Assembly: GCF_000092105.1 (NCBI RefSeq)
Contig: NC_014148.1
Coordinates: forward strand, 4,530,001-4,562,000
From: Planctopirus limnophila DSM 3776
GTDB lineage: Bacteria; Planctomycetota; Planctomycetia; Planctomycetales; Planctomycetaceae
DNA: 32,000 bases
Direction: 5' to 3'
Shown: positions 8,788-17,896 of the stretch, one piece after another
Layout: every line of letters starts with the position of its first letter
Position numbering within the stretch: position 1 is the first letter of the stretch
Made by a program: the position numbers and the translations under genes
The notes under the pieces: generated by a model
Seen by the model: the letters and a program-made list of their open reading frames with translations, nothing else
Told to the model about the DNA's origin: nothing
Database searches by the model: none

Positions 8788-9563
8788 TCTCCTTCCCTAG
8801 GGATTCGAAAACAGGGTCTTCCCAACCCGCGAGACAAGTGTCGGTCAGCAGTGGATTGGCAGGCGGTGCTCACCTAAGGCGCCGAGCTGTCAGCCCCGCC
8901 CCGCGACCCGTGTCGCGTCACACCAAACTGAATCCTTCACATGTCCGGCTGACCAGGCCCCGTACCACTTTTCGATCGTTGCGGGCGATCTCGAGTGGCA
9001 AGGTCGCTGTCTTCTTCCGAGCAGTTCCTCGCATCACCACCCGGTGATACGGACTGCTCGGGCGAAGTTGCCTATTCCATCGGCCCCACTGGAACGATCG
9101 CTTGAGTTTCCCAAACCGCTAATTGAGCAAGGATTTGTGTCTTCCGGCCATGTAAATATGCCGGTTGTTCCGGTTCCGTAAAACAAGGGTGACTTTGCGG
9201 GCAATTTTCGTCGTCAAAGCTTACCAACACTCCATTGACCTTAACGATTAACGAGACCGGGGCTCTTGTGTGTGACTGTTGCTGGTGTAGCGAATGCACC
9301 CACAGTGCCGCTTGTAACAGGGGTAAGAAGCGTGCTCGCCGCCCTTCGTCCAGAGTTCCTGTTGTACCTGCTAAGCAGGGTGGAATGACCTTGCCAATCA
9401 AGTGGTTGAAACTCCGGCAGATCCTGCCAAAGCGAATGGAAGTGGCCATGAGCAGTACAGATTGCAGTACCGTTGGCCTCGAATCATTTGAAGACTTTTT
9501 GCTCCGGTGGATCCTGTGGCATCGATCTGACCTCTGCCTCACTTAATATGAATGCGGCTGTTT

Positions 9564-9698
9564 CTCCTTCTCCCGTTCTGACGGGAGAAGGCCGGGATGA
9601 GAGCGAGCTCGCACCTATGGGGGAAACAATTCACCACCGGCCTCGTCGCAGGATGCTTTTCATCTCCGGCGACTGACAGACAATAGGCGCCCCTGCGG
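9564..9698 (-). repeat. Family A interspersed element, copy 2 (inverted orientation, more diverged)
   Basis: The reverse complement begins ccgcaggggcgcc... and ends ...ctcatcccggccttctcccgtcagaacgggagaaggag. Length 135 nt, with the same terminal hairpin as copies 1 and 3. Confidence 0.75.
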
Positions 9699-9730
9699 AA
9701 GTCTTGGCGATTAATCCATGCCCAGCGGCA

Positions 9731-9786
9731 AGACCCTCACCCGGCACTTCGTGCCACCCTCTCCCACGCAGACGCGGGCGAGGGTT
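9731..9786 (+). repeat. Family B double-hairpin palindromic element, copy 1
   Basis: agaccctcacccggcacttcgtgccaccctctcccacgcagacgcgggcgagggtt, with hairpins ggcac/gtgcc and ccctc.ccc/gggcgaggg. Near-identical to 13023-13078. Confidence 0.8.
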
Positions 9787-9913
9787 TTTGAGGGGAACAC
9801 GCCCTTTCGCACTGTTTTCATGTTTGTGGCTCCCGGGGCGTGCCACCCGATACGTGGTGCCAACCTTTGTCGTGCGGACGACTTAAAGAATAGAGAAAGC
9901 CGGGAAGATTATG

Positions 9914-12900
9914 TCAGTGACCCAGCTGGCTGATTTTTTCCAGCCAGAGTTCCCATTCCTCGCGAGTGAGGCTTGAACCCAGGTTGTCGAAGGCACTGTC
10001 TGGAATCTGCTTCTGCCGGAGGATGACCCGCCCCTGTTCGAGCATGCTGCGGGCTTCGGCAGGTTTCCCCATGCGGCGATAAGCTTCGGCCATTTGGAGA
10101 AATGCCGAAAGGACCTGCGGGTTGTTGCGATATCGATTGATCGCTGTGTTGTACGCCATGATGGCGTCTTTATCTCGACGGAGTTCAAAGAGCTGATGCC
10201 CGACATCAAAAGCCGTATTGGCCAGAATCGCTTCGTGCAGCGTATTTAACCCTGTCTGATTGGCCTGCTTATTCAAAGTGTCGCGCAGCTTGACGAGATT
10301 ATCGAGAGATTGCTCATCGAGAATCTTCTGCTGTTCGGCCAGACGGAGCTTGACGGCTTCAGCCAGTGGTGATTTCAAGGCATTGCGGATCAGCCGGGCC
10401 TGCTCCCGCTGGGAACGGGCGAGTTGATACATGGCCTGCACTTCGGAGGGATCATTCGGATAACGTGCCAGGAATTCTGTCAGGCGGGAGGAGGCTTCAA
10501 TTTGAACAGCGCGAATGCTGTCGATCCCGGCATCGGGAATGTAGGTTCCTGGCAAGTCACTGGCATTTGACGAGACGGAAACTGTTTGAGCCGGGGTGGG
10601 TGAATTTCCTTTCGCCCCTTTCTTGTCGGCTTCCTGCCGCAGCAGGATCCCGCGATCCACCAGCAGACAGCCAAGTTTAAGAAGTGCTTCATTCCATTCA
10701 GAAGCCTCAGGTGTCAGAGTTTCTGAGGCCAGAATGGCACGCCATTGAGTCTCAGCACGGAAGAGATCCCCTTTTTCGGTGAAGGCTTTGGCCAGTCGTA
10801 CCTGTGCTTTGTAGCTGGAAGGATCGGAGGGGAATTTCTGCTGGACAGATTCGAGAATGGGGATCGCCTCATCGAGTCGATCCAGATCCATCATCAGGCC
10901 CGCTTTGCGCACGAGTGCCGTCGCCAGCATTTCGCGCGGGAGAGTGGCCAGATATTCATCAACACGCTCGAGTGCCGACTTGTAATCTGCGGCAGCGATG
11001 GAATCCGAAGAGCTTTCCCAGAGGTCCTCGGGATACCTGAAGTTCATTTTGCGAGTTTGTGCCAACTGATACCAGGCGCGAGCGCTGGCTTTCCAACGAC
11101 TTCGCACCTGTGCCAGTTTGGGTGGCTTGAGAGATTCTGGCAGCTGGTCATATTCCTCCTGCTGAGTCATGGCCCAGGCACGGGTGGTATTGGCGACCAG
11201 TTCGGCGGTTTCGACTCGATCAAAAAGTGGCGGTAGCGATTCTGCCAGGGCCAGTGCTTCCGCATATTTGCCACCTTCCACCCAGAGTTTCCACGCATTT
11301 CGCAGACGATCGCGAAAGGCTGTCTGACTCAGCCAGCGGTTGTGATAGTCTTCCAGCCGCACAATGGTGCGAACAGCACCGATATAGAGCTCGATGGCCC
11401 GCTCCGTGTTCCCTTCGAGACGATGGATGTCGGCCATGTCGAGCATTCCGACGACGGCTTCTTCGGTACCGACAAAACGCACCAGTAAATCGCGTAAACG
11501 CTTCATTCCCTGACCACGCAGGGCTAACTGTTCATTGAGAGCACTCTCGGCCGACGATTGTTCAAGCGCACAACGAGCGAGCAGATAGAGAGCGGTACTG
11601 ACATGCCGGAGGTTGGGACGCTTCCCTTCCGTCAGTGGCAATAGATGCTTTTCTGCGTCGGCGAACTTGCGTTTGGCCATCGCGAGGCGGGCTTCCTGAA
11701 TTGCCAGACCATCGGGATCGGTCGAAGAGTTCCGCGCCAGTTGCATGGCGGCTTCGGCTTCGAGAGTCCGTTCGAGTGCGAGCAGGACATCGGCACGTCT
11801 CAGGAGCAGCATTGTGCGATCTTCGGGAGAAAGTTTCTGGCCTTCGAGCAGATTGGCCAGACGCTTCAGATCTCCTTCAAGCATGGGGAGGCTGGCATAA
11901 GGATCGATAAACGGAGGTTCCTCCGGCTCAGCTTCGGCGGCGTCATCCCCGTGTCCTGCACTGTGGCCATGCCCGCCACTGTCACTATGTCCGTCATGTT
12001 TACTGTGGCCATGGCCCTCCGGCTCATTTGGGCTGTGTTTCTCACTATGCCCAGTTCCATGTCCAGTGCCATGATCTGAAGCGGGTTTTGTTTTGGCAGC
12101 AGGAGGATGAGCTTTGCTGTGGCCCGCTGCTGCAGGCTCGTGCGAGTGACTTTTTTCGGAAGCGTGCGAATCGTGTGAGTCGGCATGAGGCTCTTGGGAA
12201 TGGGCATCAGCAGCGTGGGGCTGTGATGAATGAACTTCCGGAGCAGGAGCTGGGGCTGGTGGTGCAACACGATTGATATCGACCAAAGAGAGATCGAGCG
12301 CGCAGAGCGTATCAACAGACTGGGGTTGAAAAGAGTTTTCGATGGTCGAGAGCTGAACCAGCCAGGGGCGGGCTTCTTCGATGGCACCCGTGCGGTAGAG
12401 CGATTGAGCCATGGCATTTTGCCAGGTCGGGTTCTTTCTGATCTCGGGCTCGCGGGATTGAGCATCCCGCAAGAAAGCAATGGCCGATGCCAGTCTGGGT
12501 AACTCCATCTCTTTTTCGGAGTTTCGTGCCTCCTGATATCCCAGCAACCCCTGGGCATAAGCCATCCGACCCGGTGCCTCATCATCCAGAAACTGCGATT
12601 CGATCAGTGGCTGGAGCAGCTCGGTCGCTTCTTCAAAATGACCTTCCTCCAATAACTTGACGGCATTCGCCAGATGGATCGCTTCGGTCGATTCGCCCGG
12701 AAAGAGCCACCAGCAAACGAGTGCCAGCAGAAGAATCCCTCCTGACAAACCAGCTCCCAGAAAGGCTAGCCTTTTGGGAAGACCCAGAATCTTCCCGGCT
12801 GATTTTGCGGACTGCTCATGGCCTTCTTTTTTGCCATGCTGACCATGGGCATCGGCAGTCGAGGAGTGCGTGGCCATGGGAGCCGTTTCGTGGACAGTTA

Positions 12901-12943
12901 AAATGGCAGGGAGAAGGAATTTGAAACTGTTCTTATCATCCAC
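9914..12943 (-). CDS. Large membrane-anchored tetratricopeptide-repeat protein with an internal His-rich tract
   Basis: 1009-aa ORF (GTG at 12943; alternative ATG at 12877, MATHSS...). One N-terminal hydrophobic helix (FLGAGLSGGILLLALVCWWLF). Many TPR-like A/L/Y-rich helical pairs. His-rich low-complexity region at about aa 238-332. Confidence 0.85.
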   Translation of the reverse strand: MDDKNSFKFLLPAILTVHETAPMATHSSTADAHGQHGKKEGHEQSAKSAGKILGLPKRLAFLGAGLSGGILLLALVCWWLFPGESTEAIHLANAVKLLEEGHFEEATELLQPLIESQFLDDEAPGRMAYAQGLLGYQEARNSEKEMELPRLASAIAFLRDAQSREPEIRKNPTWQNAMAQSLYRTGAIEEARPWLVQLSTIENSFQPQSVDTLCALDLSLVDINRVAPPAPAPAPEVHSSQPHAADAHSQEPHADSHDSHASEKSHSHEPAAAGHSKAHPPAAKTKPASDHGTGHGTGHSEKHSPNEPEGHGHSKHDGHSDSGGHGHSAGHGDDAAEAEPEEPPFIDPYASLPMLEGDLKRLANLLEGQKLSPEDRTMLLLRRADVLLALERTLEAEAAMQLARNSSTDPDGLAIQEARLAMAKRKFADAEKHLLPLTEGKRPNLRHVSTALYLLARCALEQSSAESALNEQLALRGQGMKRLRDLLVRFVGTEEAVVGMLDMADIHRLEGNTERAIELYIGAVRTIVRLEDYHNRWLSQTAFRDRLRNAWKLWVEGGKYAEALALAESLPPLFDRVETAELVANTTRAWAMTQQEEYDQLPESLKPPKLAQVRSRWKASARAWYQLAQTRKMNFRYPEDLWESSSDSIAAADYKSALERVDEYLATLPREMLATALVRKAGLMMDLDRLDEAIPILESVQQKFPSDPSSYKAQVRLAKAFTEKGDLFRAETQWRAILASETLTPEASEWNEALLKLGCLLVDRGILLRQEADKKGAKGNSPTPAQTVSVSSNASDLPGTYIPDAGIDSIRAVQIEASSRLTEFLARYPNDPSEVQAMYQLARSQREQARLIRNALKSPLAEAVKLRLAEQQKILDEQSLDNLVKLRDTLNKQANQTGLNTLHEAILANTAFDVGHQLFELRRDKDAIMAYNTAINRYRNNPQVLSAFLQMAEAYRRMGKPAEARSMLEQGRVILRQKQIPDSAFDNLGSSLTREEWELWLEKISQLGH

Positions 12944-13022
12944 CTCGAAAGGTGAGTCAATGCCAGTTCAGCGGGTCGCCACTGGTTCTGAAACTCTTGT
13001 GATCAATTCACATCGATGGGAA

Positions 13023-13078
13023 AGACCCTCATCCGGCACTCCGTGCCACCCTCGCCCACGAAGACGCGGGCGAGGGTT
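13023..13078 (+). repeat. Family B double-hairpin element, copy 2
   Basis: agaccctcatccggcactccgtgccaccctcgcccacgaagacgcgggcgagggtt. A 9-bp stem ccctcgccc/gggcgaggg. Located in the intergenic region between two minus-strand genes. Confidence 0.8.
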
Positions 13079-13118
13079 ACAGGGCCAGCATGACTTGCAG
13101 ACTGCGGCGCCACTCACC

Positions 13119-14957
13119 TCATTTCTCATTCGTGGTCGACGTGATCGCAGGAAGCTCGTACAAACCAGCGATCAGCACACCGCCAATACTCCTCTGCACC
13201 AGTGGGGTGTGCGCAAGCAGCTGTTGCTGCAGTGGGGCCGCAAGATCGGCTTTTCGCCAGAAGATCACGACGAACCTCGGCTGCTCGACGGCTGTGAACT
13301 CTGCACCAGAAACATCCGCCAGAGGGATTAGCTTCCAGTCATTCCTCAGAATGGCAGGAACCTGCGATTTCCAATCCGGGAGTTGAAACTGATGCAGGAC
13401 CGGGGCCACAGCGACTAGAGCTCCGCGTGGAATTTTTCCTTCGCATTCCTTCCAGAAACTGCGCGTGAGACCATCTCCCCAGTAACTGGCTTCCATGCCC
13501 AGGGCGGCACCTCCCGCAGTACTTCCTGCCACGCCGCTATAGGTCGATAACCAGAAGGGGCTGGACGATAACTGGACGATCGCCAGCAGGCCAAACAATG
13601 AGCCCACAATCGCCCTCGGGAATGGCCAATTCTCCAACTTCTTGAAGCGTTCTAGAAGTGTGGTCAGCCCCAGACCTGACAGTAACGCCACCAGTGGAAA
13701 AATCGTCAGGAACAGCCGCTCTCCATCGTAGACGGCCACGCCAGGCAAGCTGAAGACAATCAAAGGCGTCACAAGAAACATCAGCAGCAAACGACCACGG
13801 AGAGTCGCGGTTTGCTTGTCTTGCACCGAGTGTGGCATCTGGCCACGAATCACTTGCCACGAACCATACAAGCACAGGATGAGCACAGGTAAGGAAATCG
13901 TGATGGCGGTGGTCACCCACGGGTAATGCCACGGAGTCAACCGATCCGAAAACTTCTCGTCAAAATACCAGACTGACAACGTCGCCCGTTTCGTTGCGCG
14001 GCCCAGGTATTCCAAAGTCCTGTGGGCAGGATCACTCCACAACCAGGGCCAGCAAAAAAAGACCACACCCGCAGCCAGCCCAGCCACCAGAATCAATCGC
14101 ACCGCCCGCAGCCGATAGATCGCGAACAACCAGAGCAGCATCGGTGGTAACAGCAGGACGGCCTGTATTTTTGTCAGTGACGCTAAACCGTAAATCGCTC
14201 CAGCCGCAGCGACGGGCAGCCAGTCGGGTAATGGCCTGACGGTTTCGCTCTGTTCATCCAGAGGGCTGGAAACTGCTGCTGGTGCACGCAGACACCAGCT
14301 CGCAGCCGCCAGTGCAAAGCCCGTGCAGGCCAGGTTCGTCACCGTTTCCAGAGAAGCCAGATGGGCATGCGCAAAGACTCGTGGCATCGTCATCAGACCC
14401 AACCCTGCCACAATGCCCGTCCATCGACCAGCCCATCTCATGCCCCACCAGGTAACGAGCATGACAGTGAGGCCAAAGGCTGTCGCAGAACCAGCTCTTC
14501 CGAGGGTGTAGTCGATCTCTGACCGCTTCTGCCCGAGGCTCTCGATCCCCACGACATATCTCAGAAAATCATGATGCAGACCCAGCCACAGCCGGCCCAG
14601 AGGGGGATGATCGGCCAGATAAATCTCATCCTGAAAAATCTCCCACAGGCTCAAGGGATTCAGCAGCGCCAGCCCATAAGCTCCTAAAGCTCGACTCAGA
14701 AATACACCCTGCTGAACATTGAACGATTCATCAATCGTCAGGCCAGGGCCTTCGGGCCATGTGGGGTGTAGACCTCCCGCATCAAGCTGGCACAGCACCC
14801 AGAGAGTGGCCACAATTCCTAAAACCCAGGCTGGCCAGAGATCTCTGGCCGTAAGGAGCATCTTTTCACGCGTGGGCAGCACAGAAACCATGGCCCGGCC
14901 TGTGGCAGGCGTCTCCTGGGGAGGTCTCGAAATTGTCTGCGATCGATGCTTGGACAT
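13119..14957 (-). CDS. GT-C fold glycosyltransferase (ArnT/PMT-like, GT39/GT83-type) integral membrane protein
   Basis: 612 aa with at least 10 hydrophobic helices. An early loop carries IDESFN and DHPPLGRLW motifs resembling the DE / (H/K)PPL signatures of ArnT/PMT-family enzymes. Confidence 0.75.
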   Translation of the reverse strand: MSKHRSQTISRPPQETPATGRAMVSVLPTREKMLLTARDLWPAWVLGIVATLWVLCQLDAGGLHPTWPEGPGLTIDESFNVQQGVFLSRALGAYGLALLNPLSLWEIFQDEIYLADHPPLGRLWLGLHHDFLRYVVGIESLGQKRSEIDYTLGRAGSATAFGLTVMLVTWWGMRWAGRWTGIVAGLGLMTMPRVFAHAHLASLETVTNLACTGFALAAASWCLRAPAAVSSPLDEQSETVRPLPDWLPVAAAGAIYGLASLTKIQAVLLLPPMLLWLFAIYRLRAVRLILVAGLAAGVVFFCWPWLWSDPAHRTLEYLGRATKRATLSVWYFDEKFSDRLTPWHYPWVTTAITISLPVLILCLYGSWQVIRGQMPHSVQDKQTATLRGRLLLMFLVTPLIVFSLPGVAVYDGERLFLTIFPLVALLSGLGLTTLLERFKKLENWPFPRAIVGSLFGLLAIVQLSSSPFWLSTYSGVAGSTAGGAALGMEASYWGDGLTRSFWKECEGKIPRGALVAVAPVLHQFQLPDWKSQVPAILRNDWKLIPLADVSGAEFTAVEQPRFVVIFWRKADLAAPLQQQLLAHTPLVQRSIGGVLIAGLYELPAITSTTNEK

Positions 14958-15176
14958 GGCGGCACACTCCTCAGAGATCAGCCCGCAGGTTATCGTATCG
15001 GGCTGTGGAATACCTCTGCGGAATACCTCAGCAGGATCCAGACGACCGGCAGCAGGCGAGTCTGCGAGTGATCAATCCACTGGCAGGAACTCTCTCGGCG
15101 ATCTCCAGTCAGCGAGAATCCGTCGAGCTTCTGCCCGATGGATCATGAATGGGCGAATTTATAGAAGGTTGTTGGT

Positions 15177-15647
15177 ATGACTGGCGATCTGGCGACGTTC
15201 GAAGGACATGGCATCAAGTTCGTTTACCCGGTCAGCTGGCCTGTCAGTGAAGAGGGAAACGACGAAACGGTCACCATCACCGTCAATTCGAAGGGGTGTT
15301 CGTTTTTCTCGGTCGTCGTGATGGATCCCCCTCAGGATCCCGAGGATGTCATCGAGCAGATTGTCGAAACTTACCGCGAAATCTATCCCGAAATGGATGA
15401 GTATCCGCTCTTTACCCCGTCGGCAGCCCCGGGGATGCATGCAGCACGGGAGCTTGATTTTGTCTGCCTCGATCTGGTGACGACTGTTTCTCTGCACGCA
15501 TTCCGCACGGGAGAGCGTACCCTGCTGACTTTAGTGCAGGGGCCCGATAAAGAACTCGAAGAAATCAGTCCACTGCTGGAAGCGATTGCCAAAAGTGTCC
15601 AGGCAGACGATGGCATGACTCAGGAGCCGACGCTCGAAGATGCCTGA
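15177..15647 (+). CDS. Small acidic hypothetical protein
   Basis: 156-aa ORF with an ATG start and coherent acidic composition. No family recognised. Confidence 0.55.
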   Translation: MTGDLATFEGHGIKFVYPVSWPVSEEGNDETVTITVNSKGCSFFSVVVMDPPQDPEDVIEQIVETYREIYPEMDEYPLFTPSAAPGMHAARELDFVCLDLVTTVSLHAFRTGERTLLTLVQGPDKELEEISPLLEAIAKSVQADDGMTQEPTLEDA

Positions 15648-15865
15648 CAGGACACACCTTTAGGGTTCAAAACAGTCAATGGTCACGTGTCCAGACGATC
15701 AGGATTTCGTACGTTCTCCACGAAAAATTTACTTTCTGACCGTAACGTCACATCTCTATCTTACATATTTTGAACGTGTGGATGAAAACTCTGTAGTAAC
15801 ATCCACTCCCCCTCGGTGTTGAGAACCTATCTGCAGTTCAGGACGATTCCTCGGGAGGAAGCTTC

Positions 15866-16828
15866 ATGTCCGCTCCCTCGATTGATGAACTTCTCGATCA
15901 GGCCAGGCAACTCGCCCGCCAGAGAGAATTTGCTGCCGCCACGCAAATCTATCAGGCGGTCATTGCTCAGGATCCGTCCAACACTGCGGCTTACGATGGT
16001 TTGGGAACGATCTACTTCGTGCAAGAATTTTATCAGGAAGCCATCAACTGTTTTCTGGAAGTGGCGGCACTCAAGCCCGTCGATGGTAAGCCGCTCTTCA
16101 ATGCCGGTGCCATCTACAATCGCATGGGTGAATATGCCAAAGCGGTCGAGATCATTCGCAAAGGTTTGAATCGCGATAAACGCTGTGCCGAAGGTTATTA
16201 CAATCTGGGGATCGCGCATCGCAAGCAGTCACAATGGCAGATGGCGATTTCTTCCTATCGGGAAGCGATTCGCCTCGACCCAGCCTTTGCTGAGGCTTAT
16301 CAAAACCTGGGCAACGTCTATCTCGAAATGCAGAACTATCCACTGGCCATTCAGAACTTTAAAAAGTCGCTGGAAGTCAAGCCGGGCTTTGCCAAAGCCC
16401 TCTCGGGTTTAGAAAAAGCAGAAAGTCTGTCGCAGCAACTGAAGAACAAAATCAGCCCTTTCGGCAGACTGGTCGATCCGAAGGAAGCCGCACAAGGCAA
16501 CACTTCCGACAGTTCCGGCGTGATGCGTCAGATGACCAATGCCGAGCGCCTGCATGACCGGCAATCGGTACGAGAGTTAGCCCGGCAGATCGAAGTCAAT
16601 ACGGCCGAGATGCTCGAATACGCACACAATGAGTTTTTTCCCGTGTTTCAAACACTCCATCATCTGGTCGTCCAGGGGAATACCGGGCTGGCTTTGCACC
16701 GGGCGACACAACAATATCGGGATGCCGTCAATCGACTGGCCGAGTACCGCCGTTTACAACGCCGGAAACTGCTAGAACTTCAAGCCTACGAAGAACTCAT
16801 CCAGATGCGGAGTGTGAGTGTCGGTTAG
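15866..16828 (+). CDS. Tetratricopeptide-repeat protein
   Basis: 320 aa. Consecutive 34-aa TPR units (e.g. AEGYYNLGIAHRKQSQWQMAISSYREAIRLDPAF, AEAYQNLGNVYLEMQNYPLAIQNFKKSLEVKPGF). Confidence 0.88.
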   Translation: MSAPSIDELLDQARQLARQREFAAATQIYQAVIAQDPSNTAAYDGLGTIYFVQEFYQEAINCFLEVAALKPVDGKPLFNAGAIYNRMGEYAKAVEIIRKGLNRDKRCAEGYYNLGIAHRKQSQWQMAISSYREAIRLDPAFAEAYQNLGNVYLEMQNYPLAIQNFKKSLEVKPGFAKALSGLEKAESLSQQLKNKISPFGRLVDPKEAAQGNTSDSSGVMRQMTNAERLHDRQSVRELARQIEVNTAEMLEYAHNEFFPVFQTLHHLVVQGNTGLALHRATQQYRDAVNRLAEYRRLQRRKLLELQAYEELIQMRSVSVG

Positions 16829-17009
16829 CCGATGGATAATCTCTCTGATCTTTTGCCACAGCCTCTGAACGACAACAGTTCTGTGGCAAATCTGCTGTGG
16901 CAAATGTTGACAAATCCTGTAGCCAGCTCACATGCTTGAGCGGGATTTTCAACGATCAAATTGCTGCCAGAGACTCACCGCATCCATTGAATACACAGGA
17001 AAGACCAGC

Positions 17010-17645
17010 ATGGCTAAGAAAAAAGCTGTTAAAAAGGCTGCTCCCGCACCTGCGAAAACCACTACAGCTAAAGCCGCCGAAAAGCTCAAAGCGGTTGCGC
17101 CACCAACAAAACCTGCCGCGGTTGATCGCATTGTCATGCGCACTGGCGAAGCACTGGTCGAGGCTGAGCCCGCCTGGTCTGCTGCTGAACCCGAAGTCGT
17201 GATTGGGGAACTCGATGGGCCAGTCGGCTATGCCATGGCCAATCTGTTAGGTGACCAGATCAAAGGCCACTCACGCGTTTTCGCCATTCTCAACTGCGAT
17301 GTTCAAGTCCGTCCTGCCACACTCATGGTCAGTAAGGTCACTGTCAAAAGTGAAGCTTACACAAACATTCTGATGGGGACAGTGCAGGCCGCCATTGCGA
17401 ATGGTGTGCTGGATGCTGTTCGCAAGGGAGATATTCCGAAAGAAAAGGCCAACGATCTGGGGATCATCATCTCGGTCTGGCTCGACCCGTCGGTCACCTC
17501 GGTCGAAATTGACCATAACATTCTGTTCGACACTCACCGTCAGGCCACAGCCAAAGCGATTGCCAAAGCCATGAAGCACGAGCCGTCGATCGACTGGTTA
17601 CTCGAACATCAGCACGAGATCCAGCACTGCTTCAAGCCGGCGTAA
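17010..17645 (+). CDS. Formaldehyde-activating enzyme (Fae) family protein with a Lys/Ala-rich N-terminal extension
   Basis: ATG at 17010 (MAKKKAVKKAAPAPAK...). The core is colinear with Fae as I remember it: GEALV, IG..GP, GH, RPATLM..KVTV, DAV..G.IP...ANDL, the SVW strand, AI.KA, and a C-terminal H.F. Planctomycetes are known to carry H4MPT-linked C1 genes. Confidence 0.75.
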   Translation: MAKKKAVKKAAPAPAKTTTAKAAEKLKAVAPPTKPAAVDRIVMRTGEALVEAEPAWSAAEPEVVIGELDGPVGYAMANLLGDQIKGHSRVFAILNCDVQVRPATLMVSKVTVKSEAYTNILMGTVQAAIANGVLDAVRKGDIPKEKANDLGIIISVWLDPSVTSVEIDHNILFDTHRQATAKAIAKAMKHEPSIDWLLEHQHEIQHCFKPA

Positions 17646-17710
17646 ATCGTCGCCACTCTTATCACTTCGGCTTCGAGCATCGACCTCACTGAGCGTGCCC
17701 TGCGCATACC

Positions 17711-17734
17711 TCCGTGCCGGGTGAGGGTCTTGCC
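17711..17734 (-). repeat. Partial family B element (5' part only), 28 nt upstream of family A copy 3
   Basis: tccgtgccgggtgagggtcttgcc is the reverse complement of the ggcaagaccctcacccggcac portion seen at 9728-9746. Confidence 0.6.
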
Positions 17735-17762
17735 AAGCGATGTGCAACAGTCACCACAGCTT

Positions 17763-17896
17763 CCGCAGGAGCGCTGATTGACGATTGGTAGCCAGAGATG
17801 AAGAGCATGCTGCGTTTAGACCGCTAGTGGATAGTACACCGAATACGTTCGAGTTCCCCTCATCCCGGCCTTCTCCCGTCGGAACGGGAGAAGGAG
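17763..17896 (+). repeat. Family A interspersed element, copy 3
   Basis: 134 nt. The first 20 nt and the last 55 nt are identical to copy 1 (1622-1755); the central part is diverged. Confidence 0.85.

Noticed and set aside
7949-8877. Several long ORFs in other frames and on the opposite strand across the Cys-rich repeat region (7949-8593 +, 8128-8877 +, 8181-8573 +, 8099-8551 -, 8106-8696 -)
   Set aside because: They are artefacts of a stop-poor, GC-rich 51-bp tandem repeat. Only the 7468-8787 minus frame has a signal peptide, a non-repetitive N-terminus and a structured HEAT-like C-terminus.
8788-9070. Possible cobalamin-type riboswitch in the leader of the Cys-rich gene (fragments gccactc, cgcccgcaacg and gtcagccgga on the minus strand)
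   Set aside because: The fragments occur in the wrong order relative to the B12-riboswitch consensus as I recall it, and the conserved GGGAA/GGTG core is missing. A covariance-model scan is needed before any claim.
9072-9542. 156-aa minus-strand ORF and the overlapping 103-aa plus-strand ORF (9235-9546) in the 1.1-kb gene-poor region
   Set aside because: Both have Arg/Ser/His/Cys-rich, low-hydrophobicity composition, they mutually overlap, and neither has a recognisable motif. I treated the region as non-coding, but with low certainty.
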